Assembly: GCA_946965045.2 (NCBI GenBank)
Contig: OX337232.1
Location: 2,108,001 to 2,172,000, forward strand
DNA length: 64,000 nt
Direction: 5' to 3'
Source: Epithemia pelagica
Lineage: Eukaryota; Protista; Bacillariophyta
Each line of letters begins with the position of its first letter. Position 1 is the first letter of the stretch. Positions 58,434 through 64,000 of this stretch are shown here, piece after piece. Both the position numbers and the translations under genes were made by a program. The notes beneath the pieces were generated by a model, which was not told the origin of the DNA, ran no database searches, and saw only the letters and a list, made by a program, of their open reading frames with translations.

Positions 58434-60076
58434 TTAGAACTCCTCGTCAAACCCTGTACTTTCTTGTCCTGCAACCAATTTGGCTGATGCAGCTCGAAAC
58501 ACGTCGGCAGGATCTACTGTAGAAGTAGAAGCAGTCGTTGCTCCATCGAGTGGACGGTCCGCTCGGAACCGCTGAGCCACGGACCACATGACAAAGGGTA
58601 AGGACAGTTGAAAGATGTAGGCCATAATGGTGCTCCAAGGCCAGGTAGTGCGATCGGACCAGCAAAATGGTTTCTTTTCACCCTCTTTCGGAGTGCCCTC
58701 TGTCACAACCTCACGATCCAATGAATCCGACAAGGCATTGGACTCAGTCAACGGCACACTGCTATCTTCACCATTGGTTGTTGGTTCGGAAGACGTTGCA
58801 TTGCTTTCCTCGGCCGTTTTTGTGGAAGTGGATTTTCCCCCTCCTCCCAGTGCTTTGGAATACATTTGTTTGGATCGTTTCTCATAAGCCAATTTGCGTC
58901 GTTGAAAATCCAACCGTAAGGCAACCAAATCGGATTCTTGTACTCCCGTTGCCTTTTCCGCTGCGGCCTTGATGGCCGCATTCACTTCTTCATACGACGA
59001 TGCTGGATCCAACAATGCTGCTTTGGCAGCCCGTATCAATCCTTTGAAATTGCTAGGGTCTCGTTGCAAAACCTTGACTGCCGCCTCTTTGGCAGCATGA
59101 TACTCCTTGGCGCGTAAATGTACCGCCACAATGTTGTTGAGACAATCCACCAACATTACGCGCGCCTTTTCGCGGAGCAGAGCTTTGTTGTCCTCGTCAT
59201 CCTTTATTGTGTCCTTCTCGTTTGCAGAATCACAAGTTTCATCTGTTTCCGTCTTGTCTTCGTCAGGTTTAGCGTCCGCATCTCCTTCTTCTTGTGGTTG
59301 GTCTACCAACAAGACCAATTCTTTGGCTGCCTTTTCATAAATATACTTGATTCGTGTTTTCCCCTGTCCATTGGACCATTCATGCGCATAGGCGTCGTTC
59401 CCAATATTCTTTTTGGATTCAGCCGTCGTGAGTATCCAATGCCAGCTATTGTCGGTTCGTTCTTGAGACGAAGCAAGCTGTTTGACTGTTACTTCATATC
59501 GGACATTGGAATCGGGCGGCAATTCAAAAAAGGAGGACGAAGACGACGTTGTGTCGTTGTTGGAATCTTTGATTCCATAGTGCCGCGTCGAAGGTCCGTA
59601 GGCAAATTTGGAATGAGACCACACCGCAACCGTTTCTCCCACATGAGCAAAACGAATGCCCATTTCAAGAGATGGTACAACATCCTTATCTCCCACTACA
59701 ATCCACCAATCCTCCGACTTGTGAAAAATGGGTCCATTGGATTCGGTCGGAGAATCTGCCTGTCGTCCCACGATGTCCACCAACACAAGGTCTTGATGTT
59801 GAATGGCAGTGGAAGTCGTAGACGGAGGAGAAACAAGTGTCTAAACAGTACAAATAACCACAAACCAAGGTCAGTTCACCATGTGTGTCAGATAGAAATT
59901 CGTCAATGCTCGACCGACTATTGTATACGACATACCTTCATCAGGAGATCTTTTCCCATGAGTTCACACCACTCATCGTCGAGAGCAACGTCACTTTCGT
60001 CCTTCATTGCGCCCTTTACATCCTTTCGAGAGTTGGACTCATCCTTCTCTTCGTGAGGTTTGGATTCTTCCACCAT
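58434..60076 (-). CDS. FKBP-TPR immunophilin with a C-terminal membrane anchor (FKBP8/FKBP42-like); exons 60076..59936, 59840..58434
   Basis: WCELMGKDLLMK|TLVSP; VGDKDVVPSLEMGIRFAHVGE..KFAYG; TPRs (CLNNIVAVHLRAKEY, NFKGLIRAAKA); a TM near the C-terminus. Intron 59841..59935. Confidence 0.88.
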
Positions 60077-61437
60077 GTCGCTTTGACCCTTTTGTTCTTT
60101 GCAACAGACGAAACTTTGGGATTTTTGCCAACAACAAAAAAAAGAAATCTGTCCGATCCGGCGGGTGTATAACTTCTGTCATCCATCCGACATTTTTCTT
60201 TTTTCATTTTAGTTTTTACTTGAAATTATAACTCAGTTTTTTTCTCTAAAAGCAGTAATTATAACGTCCATAGCAACTGTCATAACTGGCTTCGCGCGCT
60301 TCGCCCTGGCTTTAGCTTGATACGGAGTACGGAGCACGCGACGCGAAGAAATCCCACACAAGGATGAACAGTGAACACACACGTGAAACAGAAAAAAACA
60401 TGCACAAACACAAGACAAGTGGCAATGGCCCACAACAAGGAAAGCTCTTAGTACATTGACTGCAACTAAAATACAAGCATAGTCAACTCTATATGTATGT
60501 AGGTACTCCTCCTATTTGTTTAGGCTTCCTGGCCCTATCCATTGTATTGTGTCCTTCCTTAGACTCTGATGTCGTCGACACACTGGTTGATTGTCATCTT
60601 GTCATTTTTCATCCTTCTTCTCATTCGGTTGATTGCCGCGTTTACTGATGATCCAGGGGGTAGATCTTGACAGTAGTATTCATGCTATGGTCATTCATTT
60701 TGCTGGATTGTTCGATTTTGTTGCAGCCCCATTGTCATTTCTTGTGGTTCGTCGAAAAGTGAGAAGTGAGACGATTCATGGCACAAAATACGAGGCGAGG
60801 CCGGCGTTCAGATTTCAACGATCGAAGGCAGGCTGACGATTTGACATGGCAGGCGCTTTGGGAAAAAAACAAGAGGCCAAAGTTGGGCAACGCACGAAGG
60901 ACAGAAAATATACACCTCTTGAATCGTTCCCTTAAACGCTGCACGATCGAAGTCGCGCAAAGGCATAGCACATAGCACGTCCCGATTCTTCTTCGGGGTT
61001 CGCAGTTCCCAGGTACTCCCAAGCAGGATCAAATATATGGTCGCACATAATAAAGGTTTCCATCAAAAAATTGATTGACGGACAGTCTATAGAATTGTCT
61101 CCACCGCTAGGGTGTACTATCCCAGTTTTCTAGGAGGACCTACGGACTAAGAGTAGTAGTACTACTCTAGCTACCTAGAGAAGTACTTGTATCTCATAGG
61201 CAAAGCGGCTACAGTAACTTTCCTTTTGTAAAAAAATGAGCATAATAATATTATATATCATAATCGTACGTATGGCAGCTGAGGAAGCTAAGGTTACATC
61301 AACGTTCGGCAAACGATGCTTGACAATACTAATGTACGTCGTTTTCCAGACATCTTCGCCCCATGTGCTCTGGTGGATCTGAGCGGGTCATGTTAATTTG
61401 CTCAAAAGGTAAAGCTTTGAAGTGCGATCACGATCCA

Positions 61438-63123
61438 CTAGACATCTTCCACACCACGCGGTCCACTACCCTTCAAGTCTGGAGCATTGGCTCCTTCCCG
61501 ACGAACCAGGGAAAGAAACTTGGAAGATGTCGACAAGGTAATGTCCAGCTTCTGCATCATTTGTGTTAGTCTCTCCAAGTCTGCGGAAGAGTCCGACATG
61601 ACAGGTGATATATACTTGGGAAAGTATGCCACCTGATCCTTAATCTCGACCCCCCATTGATCCTTGTTCGCCATGGACGCGATTGTGCTCTGTATCTGCA
61701 CAGCCGGAATCGATAGCAACTCACTAAGACGCTCCAGGGAAATTTCCGAGACGACACGACTCCAATGATACAATTGGCGTTTGACAAGTTCACTTTCTAC
61801 CAGTTTTACCAGCATGGTATTTCCATCCATGGCAAACCGAGTTTGGTTGTCCTGCAGGACTTGGACAAAGTTTTCACGGTTCACCTTGACAAAGGCTCGA
61901 ATCAGGTCCGAATAGGCTCGGACGCCCGAGTCCGAACTTGCAATAACCTGCGGGTTAGCTACCACCAATGACAAGGCGCTATCGGCCAGAAGAAGATCAT
62001 GGACATGAACAAGTGGAGTTGAGGAAGAGGCGGGACTTGAGATATCTTCAGGACCGACGGCAATCACGGACGCTTCTAGTTCCCCCGCGGCCGGAGGCGA
62101 CTTGGCCGCTCCTCCTTCGGGTGTCGCAGTGCTGACTGCGGAATTGATGTATCGAGAAACACATACCGGAGTGGTTTTGGGTGTTTTCAAAACATTCATA
62201 TCGGCCGGTAGTCGATCCGATTGCAACAAGGCCTGCACCAAAACCAGCTTCTTCCATGCCGCGACTACAAGGGCAGATGTAGCATCTGCAGGAATACTAA
62301 GGCAAGTCCAGAAACAACGGACAGCCCATTCCCAATTCTTGCATTCAATATGCACCAACCCTCGTAAATAGTAGTATCTCAGCAAAACAATGACACCCAA
62401 TCCTCGAGATGGCCGTGGCCACTCGTTCATCACAATTCGTTCTGCCTCTTTTGCCTCCCCTGCACACAATAAAATGTGCAGCAAATCCGCTTGAATAGGA
62501 GTCAAGTGAGGACCAGGTCGTATGAGCGAATTGTTGCTTGTTTTGTTATTTGGTAACAGTTGTTCGAGGACTGGCAGTATTCCAGATTCTTTGATTCCCG
62601 ATCTAGGTCGGCAGCTTCGTGCTGCATAGCACAAGGCCTGATATACACAAATTCCACAGGAACAGCGAAAAGAGCAAAGTCAGAGACATGGTTATCAGAC
62701 TCGGGCAACTTCTACTAGGCTGTCACGCCCGAACTGAAACCTTCCACCGACACTACTACGAACCTCTGATATTTCGTTCACATTCTGAGCTTGTTGAGCA
62801 TGTCCTCCAGCGGAATCCGAAACAGCACTGGAGGGTAAAACAAAGGGTTGAGGGCCGGTTCCCGCAGGAAAGGCCGACAGAGGAGCCCGGTTGTTGCTGT
62901 TGGAAGTGTTTTGTGGTTGCACCTGGGTGTGCAAGGGCAAATGCTTGGCAGCTACCTGGAGATACAACAATGCAATCGTTGGATCTCCATTTTCTTTCAT
63001 GGCCGACGCCACATCACCCGAGAGATGCGGTAAGGCTTCCAAAGATGGTGCATGATTGAGAATCGTTTGAAGAAACGCCACTGGATTCGTGACAAAGTTG
63101 GATACCGCCACAGGAGCTGCCAT
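61438..63123 (-). CDS. CSN3: COP9 signalosome subunit 3; exons 63123..62701, 62637..61438
   Basis: HLTPIQADLLHILL, LRYYYLRGLVHI and ALVVAAWKKLVLVQ motifs plus a PCI-like C-terminus. The intron 62638..62700 donor (gtctga) is atypical. Confidence 0.82.
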
Positions 63124-63614
63124 TGTTGGTACGCTTCACTCGCCTGGCGACAAACGTGAAAGCAGGAATTCGTTCCACAATGTTGACCTGCTGGCAATAG
63201 AATGCAGCGCTTTCTCTTCCTATCAAGAAAGAGTGGCCACGAATATGATCTTTGCTTCAGACTTCCAAGAAACAGCAGAATCCACAAGAGGACATCGAAA
63301 ATTACACGCAGTCACGGTCTCTGTCACAGTACAGTCACGAATCACGTTTTGTTGGTCTTCTGAAGAGGTAGCTCGAGGCTACACATTTCTCTACTCCTGG
63401 TAGTTGGAGGAATCACCCTGGAGAGAGAAATGATCGATACTCCTAACTCCTAACATGGAAATCAGACGGAACAGAGTAGGACTACATCCAAGGCGAGGGC
63501 ATGAACCCATGGCATTAGTGGGAAAGTTTGATGAAAGCTGCGAAACGCGCACGCAACGTCGTTTCTCAACACATGGTTTCTACAGTCAGTATAGATGGAT
63601 TTGCAATGTGCTTT

Positions 63615-64000
63615 TCATGCAACCCCTGTCAAGGCCTGTTCCAACAAATACGAGTTGACGCACCACTCTTGATCCGGTCTCTTGCTATTCTTGGATCGTA
63701 TCGCTGGGCCAGAGGTGGACACGCTGAGTGTGCGACTCTTGTTCCAATTTAAGGACAGCAAACATTGAACACAAAGCGCTGCCACATCCTCCTCATAACA
63801 TCGCCCGTCATACGAAGAAAAAGAAGAGGGCGAAGAGTCTGAAGATGGATTTGCTGCAGAAGTGACGGCAAGATCGCCTTGAATACCATTTTGGTAGGTA
63901 TAGCTCGGAAATGAGACAAGTTCACCAGCTGGTTGTATACTTGTAAAAGGTACACCCGTTTGCTCCAATAGGTCCAAGTAGCTTGTACCCTCTCCAGATT
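63615..64000 (-). CDS. 3' end of a gene running off the right edge; probable NAD(P)-binding atypical SDR (NAD_binding_10-like)
   Basis: The frame is open to the window edge. YLDLLEQTGVPFTSIQPAG and GRCYEEDVAALCVQCL resemble the C-terminal motifs of that fold. Confidence 0.6.
   Translation of the reverse strand, partial: SGEGTSYLDLLEQTGVPFTSIQPAGELVSFPSYTYQNGIQGDLAVTSAANPSSDSSPSSFSSYDGRCYEEDVAALCVQCLLSLNWNKSRTLSVSTSGPAIRSKNSKRPDQEWCVNSYLLEQALTGVA

Noticed and set aside
24821-60076. Two FKBP genes in one window
   Set aside because: Different subfamilies (secretory Mip-like vs FKBP-TPR-TM), 33 kb apart; coincidental.
60200-61400. Gene-free interval with short ORFs and small TAGTACTA-type near-palindromes
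   Set aside because: No TIR pair, TSD or coding motif could be established.

Overview
Gene-dense eukaryotic nuclear DNA, most likely from a pennate diatom. This is inferred from short, mostly GT-AG introns with gtacgt/gtaagt donors, bipartite plastid-targeting-like presequences, a urea-cycle ASS gene and an ERG8-type phosphomevalonate kinase; the species cannot be determined. About 28 protein-coding genes can be modelled, many by joining ORF-track fragments across introns. They include SMC6, RseP/M50 protease, FKBP, UTP23, PMK, nitroreductase, ATAD3, ASS, F-box/LRR, FCF2, RAD21, LIG1, HROB-like, TMEM184, SGNH hydrolase, FKBP-TPR and CSN3. The accessory part is a ~7.3-kb nested transposon island (~17.2-24.4 kb). 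It holds a PIF1/Helitron-type helicase killed by one premature stop, a higher-order ~155/316-bp tandem repeat, an intact orphan gene with a GC-AG intron, a ~390-bp-arm inverted repeat around a minisatellite, and two TIR elements. The other notable items are a spliced FkbM-like methyltransferase/2OG-Fe(II) oxygenase fusion, an actinobacterial-type uncharacterised His/Cys protein with a plastid-like presequence, three tandem CCCV-ending membrane paralogs, and adjacent RAD21-LIG1-HROB genome-maintenance genes. All family assignments come from motif recognition by eye; no database searches were run.
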